Of a stretch of DNA of 64,000 nucleotides, positions 1 through 15,862 are shown one piece after another; the first letter of the stretch is position 1, and each line of letters opens with the position of its first letter. The notes below the pieces were generated by a model. It did no database searches. It had not been told where the DNA came from and saw only the letters and a program-made list of their open reading frames with translations. The position numbers and the translations under genes are program-made. The stretch lies in NCBI RefSeq assembly GCF_009914755.1, contig NC_060941.1, one strand, 5' to 3'. The DNA comes from the human T2T-CHM13v2.0 reference genome, Homo sapiens.

Positions 1-166
<166 letters not shown>

Positions 167-1659
167 TCACAGACAGCTCCTGGGATAAGGAGAGGTGGAT
201 GGATGCCATCATTTGAGCCCCCGCTCAATGTCCCAGTCACCGGGCTGAGCCTGTTACACAGGAGATTCCATGGGAGGCAAGTGTAAAGAAACGGAGACTT
301 GGAGATATTAATTTACTTGCTCAAGTTCCACAATGAGTTGTGGGTTGGAGATGGGCATTAAACAGATCTGATTAAAGCCTGAGAGTCTCCCAGAGTCATC
401 CTGTGACCTCCCAAACTTAGCTCTCTTGAGGTTACCAGGGCTTTGGAAAAGCTGGCTCTACCTGCCCACTCCATCCATGCCAGGCTGTGAGAGAGGCTTG
501 CCCTGGTGCCCGCAGGGCAGAGTTAAAGATGTCCACACTGAGGCACAGGTTATTGCCCAGATCGGTCTGTCCAGTAGAGGGCAGGAGTGTGCAGGGACCC
601 AAATTTTGACTAAAAACAACGTCCATAGTCCCGGGAGTATGAGGTTGGGAGACCCTTATTTAGTAGACTGTACAAAGACCCCCAGAGAAATCAGGTGCCA
701 ACTCCCTTGACTGTAACAGAGAGGGGAGAAAACACTGGAACTCAGCCAGTCTGCGAGGCGGGCATATCTTATGTGGCAGCATAGGGCTTGTGGCACTAAA
801 AGGACCAGGTTTTAGAAAGAGGAAGTAGTACATTAAAGGTTGACTCTTGGCATTTATAGTGGGTCTTCCCATCTTTCTGTTCTGGAGATGTCAGGGCCTC
901 TGTAACTTGGAACTGTGTATCCTGAGGCCTCTTTAGAACCCGGGCCAGCACTCTGAGGATTGGATCCCCTGGTACCCATGCTCTATCTCCTCCCTGAGAG
1001 CGACACGGAGGAAGACAGCTAAGGTAGGATCGGAGTGGGGACAGGACGATCAGGAGAGAAGACACCTGGACCTGCTTCCTGGGGTCGATTGTGTTCCTGT
1101 GTTCTTGCTTTCTGGGAAGTTGGGGGAAGAATGGGATGAAGAAGGAATCCAGAAAAAGGTCTGTTTTAGGTGGATGTGGAAGGGACACCTAGAGAGGCTT
1201 TCCTGAAATGGAGACGGTTTCATAGGCAGGTTTGAGGGAAGTCATCAATGGAGATAACACAGAGTCCTCAACAATTGCCTACTCAGAGCTTTAGCTGATA
1301 CTGTTATCAGAAACCTAAAAGGCGAGACCCCTGAGCAGAAAGGACAGGGGATGAATCCTGCTTCTGGCTCTCCTGGGTGGGGGCTGGGGGTGCCACCCTC
1401 TGATCACCCTCAGAACAGCGCTGTCTCCAGTTCCCCAGGGGGCTCAGCGTCTCCTCAAGCCAGCATCTCACCAGATACCCTGATGACCGATGACCGTGTT
1501 TCCCTTTCCTACCTCCTGCTTATGGTCTCAGTCTCCCAGAAAGCTCCATGAATGTGCCGTTTTTGAGAAATCTTTGAGAGCACTGCTGCTGCTCTTTTTG
1601 AGAAACTGCTGCCCAAAAAAGCAAATGATCCTGTCTAGAGTGGATGACATTTGAAGGCA

Positions 1660-1830
1660 TAGTTCTGAAACCTGCATGTGCTTCAGAAATCATCTGGGGG
1701 AGCTCTTTAACAAATATACATTCCTGGGCCCCACCCAAGACCTAATGAGTCAGAACCTTCAGAGGTGGGGCCCAGGAATCTTATTTTCAATGCAGTCTGT
1801 GATCCTGATGTGCCTCAATTCCAGGATTGA
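1660..1830. mobile_element. MER5A-like hAT-Charlie DNA transposon relic
   Basis: Motifs ttcctgggccccacccaaga...tcagaa...ggggcccaggaatc. Confidence 0.6.
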
Positions 1831-3817
1831 GAGCCTCTGATGTCATTCCAGCTCCCTCAGTGGGTAAGTCTTGACCTTTTCATCTGTTTCTGTTTCTGGG
1901 CACTGGTTCTTGCTTGGGAAGTATGCTATCCAGTCCAGGGAAGAGATGAGAAAGAGAATAGGATGAAGAGGTGAGAATGAGTAGAGAATAAGGAATTGGC
2001 CCTGCCAAATAATTTGTTACCACCTTCTCCACAGGCTTCCGCAATTCTGAGGCAGGGCCCATGGTACTCAACACATCAGTCAGTTAAATGAAGATGCCTG
2101 CAACCAGTTTCTCATCCTAACACTCCATAGTGTAGGACCTCTGTGTCTCAGCAGTCTTCTGGTGATTCTCACCATTTCTCATGCTCTGTCTACCCCAAGT
2201 GTACACAGATATGTACACACACAGCCATCCTTCTGAGGTCAGTGTGCACTCTGGTGCAGCCCATCTGAATAGGAGATTAAGGAGCATCGTGAAATGATAG
2301 AGAAATATGAGTAGAGGAAATTAGAAAGAACAAAATGGAAAGATGCAGACTAGCCCCAGGGAAAATTTTAATTCAGATAGTATATATATATATATATAAC
2401 TGTATGGCAGTGAAAGCTTAGAATGGAAAGAAAGAAGTTAAGTGGGACAGTTTGTTTATTATTTTGGTTGCAGAAATAAGTGGAATATCTTCCCCACGGG
2501 CCTTTTAATCAAATCTTCTAAATGGCAAACAAGCTGGTTTTAGGTATCTTATCTCATTCCAAACTCTGGTATTAGTATAATTACCATATTCCATATACCA
2601 GAGGGCCCAGTCAAAAGGCAATACATTTAAAATGATCATTTATATTGTGAGTTCTCTAAATGCTTCCCCATTCCCATTTTCCTTCTGCCAAAATCAATGC
2701 ACTGTGTGTCAATTTCCAAGCAGCTAAGGATAGAGTGAGAGCCACACATATTCAATAAATTTGTGTGCCTCCAATGGGCTTAGCCCTGTTCTGACCTCAA
2801 AGGATGTGTAAGTCATTCTCTTCAGAAGTGAGAATCCAAGTTCCGACCCTAGCTAAAGCTGATTTAGGGAGAGAAGAGGGAAGAAAGAAAAAGGCAGAAA
2901 CAAAACAAAGAGGTGGCCAACATGAGCCCTAGATACAAGGAAGGTAAGAGGACAATGGAGCAATACAAGGTTGAAAGAAAGATGACCAATGTGTTACCCT
3001 TAGATCTCTCCCAAGACATCCAGCAATACATCCAAGGGTCACAAGGATGGTTTTGAGAAACAACGACACCTGAGCTGTCATAGTGAAGCTGGAAATATGC
3101 TGAATACTCATCAACATTAAAACTCTCAAAGAGATATCCACAACCACAGTTCCCTTCAGCCTTCTCATGCCTCAAGATGGCCCATGTATGGGAGGGCACA
3201 GGCTTGCTGTTGAATATGAGCCTCCTGGAGCTGGAGGGACCTGATCCATCTCCGTGTCTTCAGGCGTGTGATGTGCCAAAGCAAGCTTTTTCTCCTTAAA
3301 GTTTTCAAAGCTCTCAGATACAATGGCAGTTTCCCTCTGGATCCTCCCTTGGTGTATTTTCACTGCTGGCCAAGGAGATTTCATATACCACACAAAACTC
3401 CCCATTTAGAAGGAAACCTGTCATTCTTACTTCATCATCACCAAACAGAAAGAACCTCCTGAAAAATCTACCACCTACTTAGTGATAGGAATGAACTCAA
3501 GACAAAGTGTAAGCTACGATGTTATACATATTCATGCTTTAGAGATTTATAAGCATGTTCATATTCACTGTCAGTTGATCACTTTAACAACCTATTTTAT
3601 AGATGAGGACATTGAATCTCCTGAAGGTTCAATGATTTGACCCAGGATGCACAGCTGCTAAACTGTGACCAGGATCCAAATCCATTCCACAATTTTCTCT
3701 TGTTTTAGGCTAAACAATCCAAATATTGGATTTAAGGAGACAGATGAGAAACTAAAGAAGTTAAACCAAATCTACTAGTCGTGGGTGAGTTTGAAGGAGA
3801 CCTACAGTTATTTTTCA

Positions 3818-4289
<472 letters not shown>

Positions 4290-4919
4290 ACAATTATTAA
4301 GTGTCTACTGTGGGACAGACACTATTCTAGGTGCTGGGGATAGAGCAGTAAGTAAAACAGACAGTGATCCCTGCCCTCATGGTGCATCTATTGTTGACTG
4401 TCTGAGTTACTAGCCAGCTTCAGAAATTACTAAGGGTTGGGGGAGATTAGCCATTACAAGGTTTCTCTACTTTTTCCACATCTCCAGTACACATTACAAA
4501 ATTTTTTTTCTTTTTTGGTCAAGGATCCTATATTGTAATCACCATTATATTTTAATGACAGATTAGTATGAGAAAGCTACTGATTTTGGTGTATTTACTT
4601 TGTACATGACCACTTCACTGAATCCTACTAGTGTCTTTTCCTCATTGATTTTTTTCCAAGTATGTAATTGTAATACAAGCATCTGATGGTAACAGGGTCT
4701 TTTCCTTGCTAGTACTGATATGTCTACATGTCCTATTATATTGCTTAGAACTTACAGTATTAAACAATAACAGCTGTAATAGATGTGCTTATTTTGCTTC
4801 TGATGTTATCAGAAATGTTTCCAATGTTTTCCCATTAACTCTAATTGTAATTATAAGGGCGCGATCAGTTTTAAACACACCTACACTTTTTCCATGATAC
4901 ATTAGTTTACTACTTATAG

Positions 4920-5240
<321 letters not shown>

Positions 5241-6087
5241 TAAAGTTATTATGAAGAAAGGACTGGCCCCTCTTATTCTGAACCCAGGCGTGCTTGAGAG
5301 CATCAGGAACCCCGAGAGGTGCTTTAGGGTTAGGATGCACCAGATGTCTGAGTAACTCAACTTTCCTTCTTCCATCTTTCACTTCCCAGAGCTTTTCAGA
5401 CGATAGCTCTCCCACCAGCACCCAGGTAAGATGCTATCTCCCACCCTGCCCTTCCGGTCAACTCCATAGTGTCCAAGGTTAATTTGAAAAAGAAAGAAAG
5501 CAAAAACCAAACAGGTTTGTTTGTGTTTTTAAAATAAGCATCAAGAAATGTTAGGGGGTCACATGACCAAGAAGGAATTCTGACCACATCAAACAAGAGA
5601 GAAGCAGCCTGTTTGCTGGACTTGTTTTTCAAAATACCAGTCATTAAAAAAAAAAAAAAAAAAAAATCCGTAGCCTGCCCTCAGACTGAATCTCTTGGGT
5701 AATGTAGTTCCTTTGGAGAAAGTCAACCAAGTGACAGTAATTTCTCTGACATTTCAGCATTTGGTTAATGGTATAAGAGAAGTGTGGAGGCCAATGATAA
5801 AAATAATTTAAATGTGTGTGACTTTAGGATTTGTAAAGTGCTTTCACTGATTGTCCTTAATAGATAATGACACAAGTAGGGCAGGCATTATTACTATCAG
5901 TCCCTGTATTACAGATTAAGAAACTGATCTTCAGAAGAGTTGAGACTATTTCTATGTCACTTGACTCATAAGTGAAAAAGCCAGAGTTAAAATCCAGTTT
6001 TGCTGGAGCTTAAATCTTATTCACTTACTAAGTTTGGGCAACCTTGATCAAGTTACTTCCCATTCTAAAATGCAACTATTATTTTTA

Positions 6088-6383
<296 letters not shown>

Positions 6384-8199
6384 TACAACCATTACTTTCT
6401 ATTTGGCTCCTGGACTGATGGAAGCTAGGGCACTGCCAAGGGTATCAGTGGTGATCCTTACATGATAATTTGGAGAGCCTGAATTACATTAATGCTGTCA
6501 TTTATGGTCTCTTCACTATGCTAGGTTCTTTATATACCTATAATCTATAAGGTTGGTATTATTATCCCTATTTCATAGAGAAGGATACTGAAATTTAGAG
6601 AAGTTAAGAAGTGTGCCCAAGTGGTAGAATTGGGGTTGAAAGCAGGCTATCTACCGCCACAGCCTGAGCTTTTCACCATTAGGACATACTGCTTGATACT
6701 GTGAAAGTATCCAGTATGTGCTTTGCTTTGTTCTCTCTCTTTTTTTTTTTTTTAAAGGTTCGACATGCACAGACTACAACCCTAAACCTGGCCAGTTTTT
6801 TGTCAATGCGTGACATTTGGGCATGGGGGTGGGTAGGGGCAGACAGTACAACAGAGAGTTCAAATGGATTGGCTTTATTTCCAAAACCAGTCCTTGGGGA
6901 AAGATTTCAAGGCACGTCCTACTGAAAGTCAGCATGCAGAGATTGTCATTCCTAGAACAGGGCTGACCCAAAGAACAACAGTGCTACAAGCAATCTTCAC
7001 ACCAACCCTATGACGTAGGCATCATTATCCCCCATTTTACAGATGAAGAAACTGAGGTTAAGCAATTTGTCCACACTACTGCTGGTGAATGACCGAGCCA
7101 AGACTTGCACATACTGGTTCCCTTCCCTGCATTCCTTTTTAACCATACTCCACTCTTGCCTTGGGGGACCAAGATCCGTGATGGACATGTTATTATATTA
7201 ACAAGAAAACAGACTCTTGAATTTGGACCTCTGATGATAGTGACACAGCACATGCACTAGGGTGTTGGAGACAAGAGAAAAGCCAGGCCCTGCAAACAAG
7301 CTTCCAGGTGTTTGCTAACGTTGAGGTGTGCAGTCTTGGTCAATCATCAATCCAGTAACACACTGCCCAGTTAAAGCACTGCTGAGCAGAACAGGAAGCA
7401 AAAAGCGTGTCCACAGGCTGCATTTAGAGCGGCCCTGGCCTGGGTGAGGCAGCTTGCCTCTTAGAAGGAGGAGAGGCAGAGCTCAGTAGGAAACCCCAAG
7501 GACCTTCAAGCAGTAAGAGCTGAGACCTGGAAGGTTCTTCCACACTGAGAAGTCAAGACCTCTTCCGTAAGGCACCCTTCTCCATGGAAGCCTGGGTAAT
7601 CCTTAACCCTAACTTGTTTGGGACACTCTTGAGAAGTCAGAAAGACTTGTCTGTGCCTCTCACAGGTAACTGACACAAGTGGTTCTTCATATGGAGAAGA
7701 ATCTTTCTTAAGGGATAGGTGGGAGTAGGAGAAGAGGGCTGCAAAATGCCTCCCCCAGGAATGCCCTTTCATTTTTGTTTGCAGAGACCACGACCAGGGC
7801 AAGCAGCTCAGGTCCTCTGAAACCATAATTGGCCGGGTCAGTGCTCCCCTCAGAAACCACACTTGTTTTTCCTCCAGGGAGCCAGGGACTCGATCACCTG
7901 TGACTCACCGTTTCTGTGTTGCCTACACAGCACACACGTCAAGATCTAAAATGGCCTCTGCACCCTGTTGCCCTCACCCATCCTGGCCCCCACTCTGGGA
8001 ATGTGTGCAGCTCCACCTTCAGCATGAAAGTCGGGAATCTGCGGCTCCTCCCTCCCCTGAAAAACAGAGCATGACCCAAAGAATAGAGCTTTCCATTCTC
8101 TACCCTTGCCAGTGTCGTAATGCTCCTGTTCTCCCATAAGCCACTCTCTCCTGCACTTGTGTTGCTACAGGATCAGAACCTAATCCTAATTAGAACCTA

Positions 8200-8525
<326 letters not shown>

Positions 8526-9439
8526 TAGAATCTAGTTTGATGTAGAAAATTCAAATTCAAATTGTGCATTCTTCACCAAGTGTGCTAAACTTGCATCTGG
8601 GTGTGGGGCTGTGGTTACGGATATAGAAAACTTCATTTAATGAGAATGATATTGACATTTACACGACAACAACAACAATACTGCAATTTATTGACTATTT
8701 TCTATGGCAAACACTGCAGAGTATTTCTCAAATGTTATCACGCTCATGCCCCCACCAAGTCTATTGTTACCGCCCCCATTTTATAGATGAGGAAGAGATC
8801 ATAAGTAGTCGAGTAACCTGCTCAGGCTACACAGCTATTAAGAGCTGGAGCTGGGATTTGAACCTGGGCAATTGTAACTTCAAAGTTGGTGTTTCTCCCT
8901 CCCTAAGCATCGCCCCACCCCATCTACCATTTGTGCTGTGATCTTCGCTGTCATGGTGTCCCATGTCTTTCACTGTTCCAGTTCAAGAAGCTTCTCCCCA
9001 TCGCCTCCTATCCACTACATCCTGACTTGCTAATGACTCTTCTTGTCAGTACCAAGGGGATGGTAAGGAGGAAGAGGGGGCTTGTGTCAAAGTGAGGTGC
9101 TCTCTAAGTTAAAAAATTGGCTTTGGAGGCCTTGGGGGGAGGGATGAATGAACATTTTATCAACACAAATGTCATTGGCAAGCCCCAAAACAAACAGTGT
9201 CCCACCGGGCTTGCTCCTTTATGAGGCATTCAATCAATAAAAAGAGAGCAGAACTCTGTCAGATTTATTGGCTGGGTTCAAACCGAACACCTCTTCTACC
9301 CGCCAAAGGCTGGGTCACCAGCACTACCTCTCCTTTCCGACTCTGGACAGCCCTCATTTTCCCCTATGGGGCTACAATGGTTCATTGTTTGAGGCAGGCC
9401 TTGTGAGAAGTTGTGTTTGTTTTGCCTCTTATCTTATCA

Positions 9440-9664
<225 letters not shown>

Positions 9665-9814
9665 TTAGTGCCACCAGGGTCCTGGAACAATGACTCGGCA
9701 CCTCTTGTTTTCAAGGGTGGGTAATAAGAAAATAAAGTTGCTTTCTCCTCCCCTGTCCACCCACAAGAAATATCGGCTGCTTTTCTCCAGGGTAAATATG
9801 GCATGTTCTCTATT

Positions 9815-9950
9815 TAATTCTAGAATGTAAGCGCCACGAGGGCAGGAAATTTTTATCTCGTTTGTTTTGTTCACTGATGTATCCCCAGTGCCTTGGCACT
9901 GAATAGCCACTCGGTAAACTTCTGATGAATAAATGAATGACTGGATGGAT
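9815..9950 (+). mobile_element. L2 3'-end fragment
   Basis: tagaatgtaag...gagggcagg...ttcactgatgtatccccagtgcct...gaataaatgaatga. Confidence 0.65.
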
Positions 9951-12900
9951 TCTGTTTGTTATTGCTTCCGCACAGTTCTTTGAGGATTTGGGGGTTGAGA
10001 CTAGCCTTCTGTTACTGGCTGGAGTATTTTTTATTCTTTAAAATGCCTTTTAGAAATGTTTCCCTGGCATCCCTCGTGGTGCTGCAAAGTATAAGTAGAC
10101 CCATGTGACGAAGAAGAAGCCCTTGTCCAGTGACCCTTGAAAGAGCCGTAGCTTAGGCATCAGTCTCTGTGTACCACCTTTGTGGCCAGGCCCAAGAGGT
10201 CAGGGGCACGGACACAGGCAGAGCAGGACAGGGATGAAGCTGCGTCTAGGAGCTAGGCTGTAGAACTCACATTCCTTTGCTGGGGGTCCCATTTGGCTGC
10301 CTTCCAGGGCACAGGGAAAGGTGTGTCTGCTGGGAGGTGGGGCAGGCAGCACCACACACAGGCAGATGTGGATGTTTAGTAAACCACTGGAGTTTGCTCT
10401 GCAGGGGAAGGGTAGAACCAAACATGTTTACAACCTCGCTGCTCTGACCCTCCCTCTTGCTCGGGAACCAAAATGGAGGTCTGCTCTCAGGAAAGAAAAG
10501 TTCTGGACAGAGATCAGGCAACTGAAGGAAGCTAAAAGAACGCCTGGGTCCAGTTTGCAGATGGAAATCCTGCTTGATGTGCCCATGAAACAGTCAAGGA
10601 CAAGGTTGGGGGTACATGGGGCATCTCACCCCTAAGCTCAGTGCTTAGAAAGACAGTGTTCTTGTTTTTTGCTTTGGATTTGACAAAAAGGTTTGGAGGA
10701 CCCTGTCCTGCAGAGACCAAATGCTCTAGGCATGGAATTATCTGGATAGGTGGACCAACTCTTTAGCTGCACGTCTTCCTTTGCCCAGTTTCCCAAGATG
10801 AACCATCCCTGTACACTGATTCTGTTGTTGCTCTTTCATCCACCCACCCCCTGCCCTAGCTAGAGCCCCACCTTCCAGAGGAGACCACAAAGTTCCCCCA
10901 GGGGCCAGGCACTGCCATAATCAGTGTCATAATCTGCCTCTAATTCACCAAGATGAAGCTTACCAAGATGAGACTAGATGAGCCCCAAGCCAGTTTTCCT
11001 TGGATCTTCCTAAGGACTTTACCCAAGGCCGATATGACCTAGAGCTTAAGAGGGCTGGGGAAAAGAACAAAACAAATGCTAAAGCTGGGTTCTAACCTTC
11101 AAGAGCAACTTGTCTGAGTATGTAGTGGCTTGACGCTTGCTCTATGAGCTTTTCTATTGGCCATTTTCCCCATTCTTTGAATCAAGGAGCTGCTAGTGGG
11201 GGTGGTGGTGACAGTGGGATGGCGCTGGCATTGGTGTATTGGTTTAAGGCACTACATTTTTTGGGAAGGACAGAAATCATGAAGTTAAAAGGAGGAACAG
11301 CGTTCAGCTCCCCAAGTCAACAGCCGGTGCCCAGGCCCCTGTCCTCCTGTGCACCTATCTGCAGCCCCCACGTCTCCTGTTTGCCATCGATGCCATCCCA
11401 TTGGATTAAATGAGGCCTTCTTTCTTCACGTCTGCCACCCAGTTCCCAGTAGGATGCTTCCAACAGTTCAAAGTGTTGTTACATGAAAGAAGAAAGAGAT
11501 TTGAACCTTATGAGCTCTGAAGGCAGAGCTAGGTTCAATGGAAAACAGGGAGGCAGATTTCAAATAAATAACAGGAAGAATTTTCTATCAAGGAGGGGCA
11601 GTGGGAAGACTATGGACTCTGCAGCGAAACCAACTCAGGTTCAAATTCTGATGCTGCTCTTAATAGATCTGTGATCATGGGAAAATTACTTTCCCTCTCT
11701 GTGCCTTTGTTTCCTCTAGAAAAATGGAGAGAATGCCTCCTCAACAGGACTCTTTTTGGATTAGAGGTAACATCTATACAGTTTCTTGCAAAATGCCATA
11801 TAAATGGCAACTATGGGTGGGGATGCTGTGGGGAGGAAGCTGGTACAGGAATGGACCCCAAGATATTTGCCCTAAGATCCTAGAATTCTAGATGGCTTAG
11901 GACAGATTCTAAACACTGAATGGAATTATCTTTCCGTAGAGAACAGTTTCCAAAGAATCCTACCCTGGCAGAACCACTGATGCTTTGCCCTGGAAGCAAC
12001 CTGGGAGAGAGGTCTAGCCGCTGCCCTCTTGCTCTGTTCTTTTGGAGGAACTGGACTTCACCCTGTTTTTCTCCTGCTTTCTCTGACTCCCTAACCAGCT
12101 ATTTACCTCCCCGAGAGGCTCTGCTCCTGAGAGAGTGTTGATAACGCTGGGAGTCAGTTGTGTTTTCACCTCCCAGCCTGTCCCCATCATCGATTCAGTC
12201 TCAAGTCAAACAGTCTCTGGATTTAGCCTATTTAATTTGGCTGATGGAAAAGGGCCAGCCCTCTGATGATCAAATATGGGTCACAAGGAGGCTTCTCCCC
12301 TACCAAAGGCTACGCAATTATTTATTTAAAAATAATTAACCAAGGATTTCCGCAGGAAACAAAAGGCTTCTTTACAAGGGAGCATGTCAGGAGAGACTCA
12401 AGAGCCATTTGTTAGAATCCAGGCAGCATATTCCAAGGCTGCTGTGGTTTTTATACTTTGTTTTCTCCCCAACAAAACTTTATTATATAAGAAATATAAC
12501 GGTGGAGCTGCTCTGTCAAAAGACAGATGAGCCTAGACCTTTGAACGTTCCTTTAAAAGCCCCTGGTTAAGTGATAGAGGCTCGGCTGGAAACTGGGGGA
12601 TCCCTGTTTTAATCTCAGCTCTGCTATCAATTTCTTGGGTGAGCACCAGCTTCCTCATCTATAAGCCAGAGGACGGCCCACTGTGGGGAGGGGGCCATTG
12701 TCACAGCAGTGTGATGGGAGCCAGGCACAAGGCTGCTCATCAGCCCCAGATCCACCTGCAGGTGTTCCCACGATGCTCCTCTCACCAAGCATGTGGCAAT
12801 CACTGGCCCCTGAGAGGGTGGCTGTAATCAGCCAGCCATCTTATGAGGGGGCGGGGTGGGGGCGCATCACAAGGTGTACACCAAAAATAGGTGCTCTTGT

Positions 12901-14762
12901 TAGAGGAAGGAGAGGCCAGTCCTCCTATATTTCAAAAACTCAGAAGAGCACTTGAAGTGAGAACAAAAATAAGTGCAAAGTGTGTAGGCTCTGGAGCCAG
13001 GTGACCTGGGTTTAAATCTTGGCTCTACCCTGTAAGACCTGTGTGATCTTGGGAAGTTACTTAACCTCCCTGAGCTTCAGTTCCTTACTGTTAACAATAT
13101 CCATCTGTCAGGTCATTGGGAAGAGAACGGAATGAGTTAATGGATGTCCAAATACCCAGATCATGCTGGGCACATAACAGTTGCTGAAAACACGTCAATT
13201 CCTCCTACTTTGGCACTGTCCTTGTTTAAAAGACATTTTTAGGAAGGCTGAGGTCGTGCCACTTTATTGAGCACCTACCATGTGCCAGGCACTGTGTTAG
13301 GAAGCATTAAGAAATGGAATAGCATCTTCCCTTCTTCCTTCACCAATGCAAGTTCTTAAAGTGAACATATGACAAGGGCTCTGGTTTAATATTGATTAAC
13401 CAAAGATGCCAGGTTAATAGCCACAGAGGACCCATAGGAGAAATGACAGTGGCAGATGGTAGCCATTCACCTTCTACTTACTTCCTAGCTCAAGCCACTC
13501 ACTGGCCCCATCCCCATTGTTGGCTCTATGAACCACAGCAATTGTGTCCAGCAGCAAAAGCCATCCAAGGTGGAGTTGAGACATCCCTGAGGCCCTGGTG
13601 AGTAGATCATCTACTTTCCTCTATTCCTAGGCATCAGCATCATGGGTGTTGGGCTATTCCTGGATACAGACGCAGATCATTCGGTTTCTATCCAATATGA
13701 CTGGTCAGAAGTGCCAAAGGCATGGCACAGGTGCATGGTTCCAAGAAGCCAGCATCCTTGCTCTGCCTTCCTGTGCCAGCACCGTCTCTAGGGTCCTTTC
13801 ACACTGCTGCAGCCTGGGATATCTTTCTAAAACAAAGTCACACCATGCCTCTGCTCTGCTTGGAAACATCTGATGGCTCCTCACTGCTTTCCAGAAAAGC
13901 CCCAACACCTGAGACTGGCAGAACTGGGCCTTTGTGATTCGTCTGTTTTATTTGCATTATCTCTCACCACAATCTTAATGCACTTCTCAAATGGCCTGAC
14001 CATCTCCTGCCTCTGCACCTTTGCTGTTTCCTCTGCCTGGAAAGCATCTCGTGTCACATGTCGCCCCCCTGTGAAGCTCTTCTTGATTCATCCTGGGAGA
14101 TGGCTGCTCCTTCCTTTGTATTTTACATGCACTAGACAGAGACTTACGGCAGGAGTCAGTCACCCTGCATGCACGCTGATGATATGTTTACTTTTCTCTG
14201 CCTCTTAAAGAAAGAGATGAGTCTTTACTTGTTGCATCCTTATAGCCTAGCAGACTGCCTGGTACTGTGCATATTTATTGACTGAAGGAATGAAACCCCA
14301 GCAGCTTTGAGCACCCATGCCCCAGACAAGGAGCATCACGTCTAGCAGAAGTAGAAAATACAGTCAGTTGTGTATTTATTGTAGTGAAAGTGTAAATCTG
14401 TTCCAATTATATAGACATATTGGGGATAATTTGAGTGTAATGTCAATTTCACATTTGGAAAACACTTAGTGAATTCAGAAGCCTGCATCCAGCTGAATGG
14501 AACCACATAGGAGAATACTAACAATGCTCCTGTGTGTACATATGCGCACCTCAAACATCCACCAGCCGCCTCGGTCCACTGTGTGCACTGGTAAGACACA
14601 TCCATGCAATATGGAGTCACATCTTTTCCTTCCCATGTCAGATAACCCTTTCTCCACTGCTTCACAGTAACTCACAACCCGCAGCACTTCTGATGCCCAC
14701 TTCCCTAGGCAAACTTGCCATATTTACTATTGTATAGCATTGATATATTTCTTAACTATTTA

Positions 14763-15151
<389 letters not shown>

Positions 15152-15174
15152 TCAAGTGTTGTGCTTTTTAAAAA

Positions 15175-15484
<310 letters not shown>

Positions 15485-15808
15485 TAATCCTGTTTTTCCC
15501 GTAAGCCCTGTGGTTCTTATCACATGGCTTAGCAAACTCTGGTGATTTTTAGGCTGCATATGTCAGGTTATATAGACCCTACTGCGCCTGTGTGTTCAAA
15601 GACAAACATGACTGCCTTGCAGGAGGACCCCAGAGAGGAGCTGCTCAGGGTGCCATTCACCAGAGACTTTGCAGAAACCTGTGCTTCAGGGCCTTAGAGC
15701 TACAGCTCATAGAGCCCCTGGCGATTTAATTCAGCTCTAAGAGCTTCAAAAAATCATGGAATTCCATGATTCCAGAGATCAACTGGGCACCAGCCTCTAG
15801 ACACTTTA

Positions 15809-15812
<4 letters not shown>

Positions 15813-15859
<47 letters not shown>
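15813..15859. repeat. (TC)n microsatellite
   Basis: About 23 perfect TC units. Confidence 0.97.
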
Positions 15860-15862
<3 letters not shown>

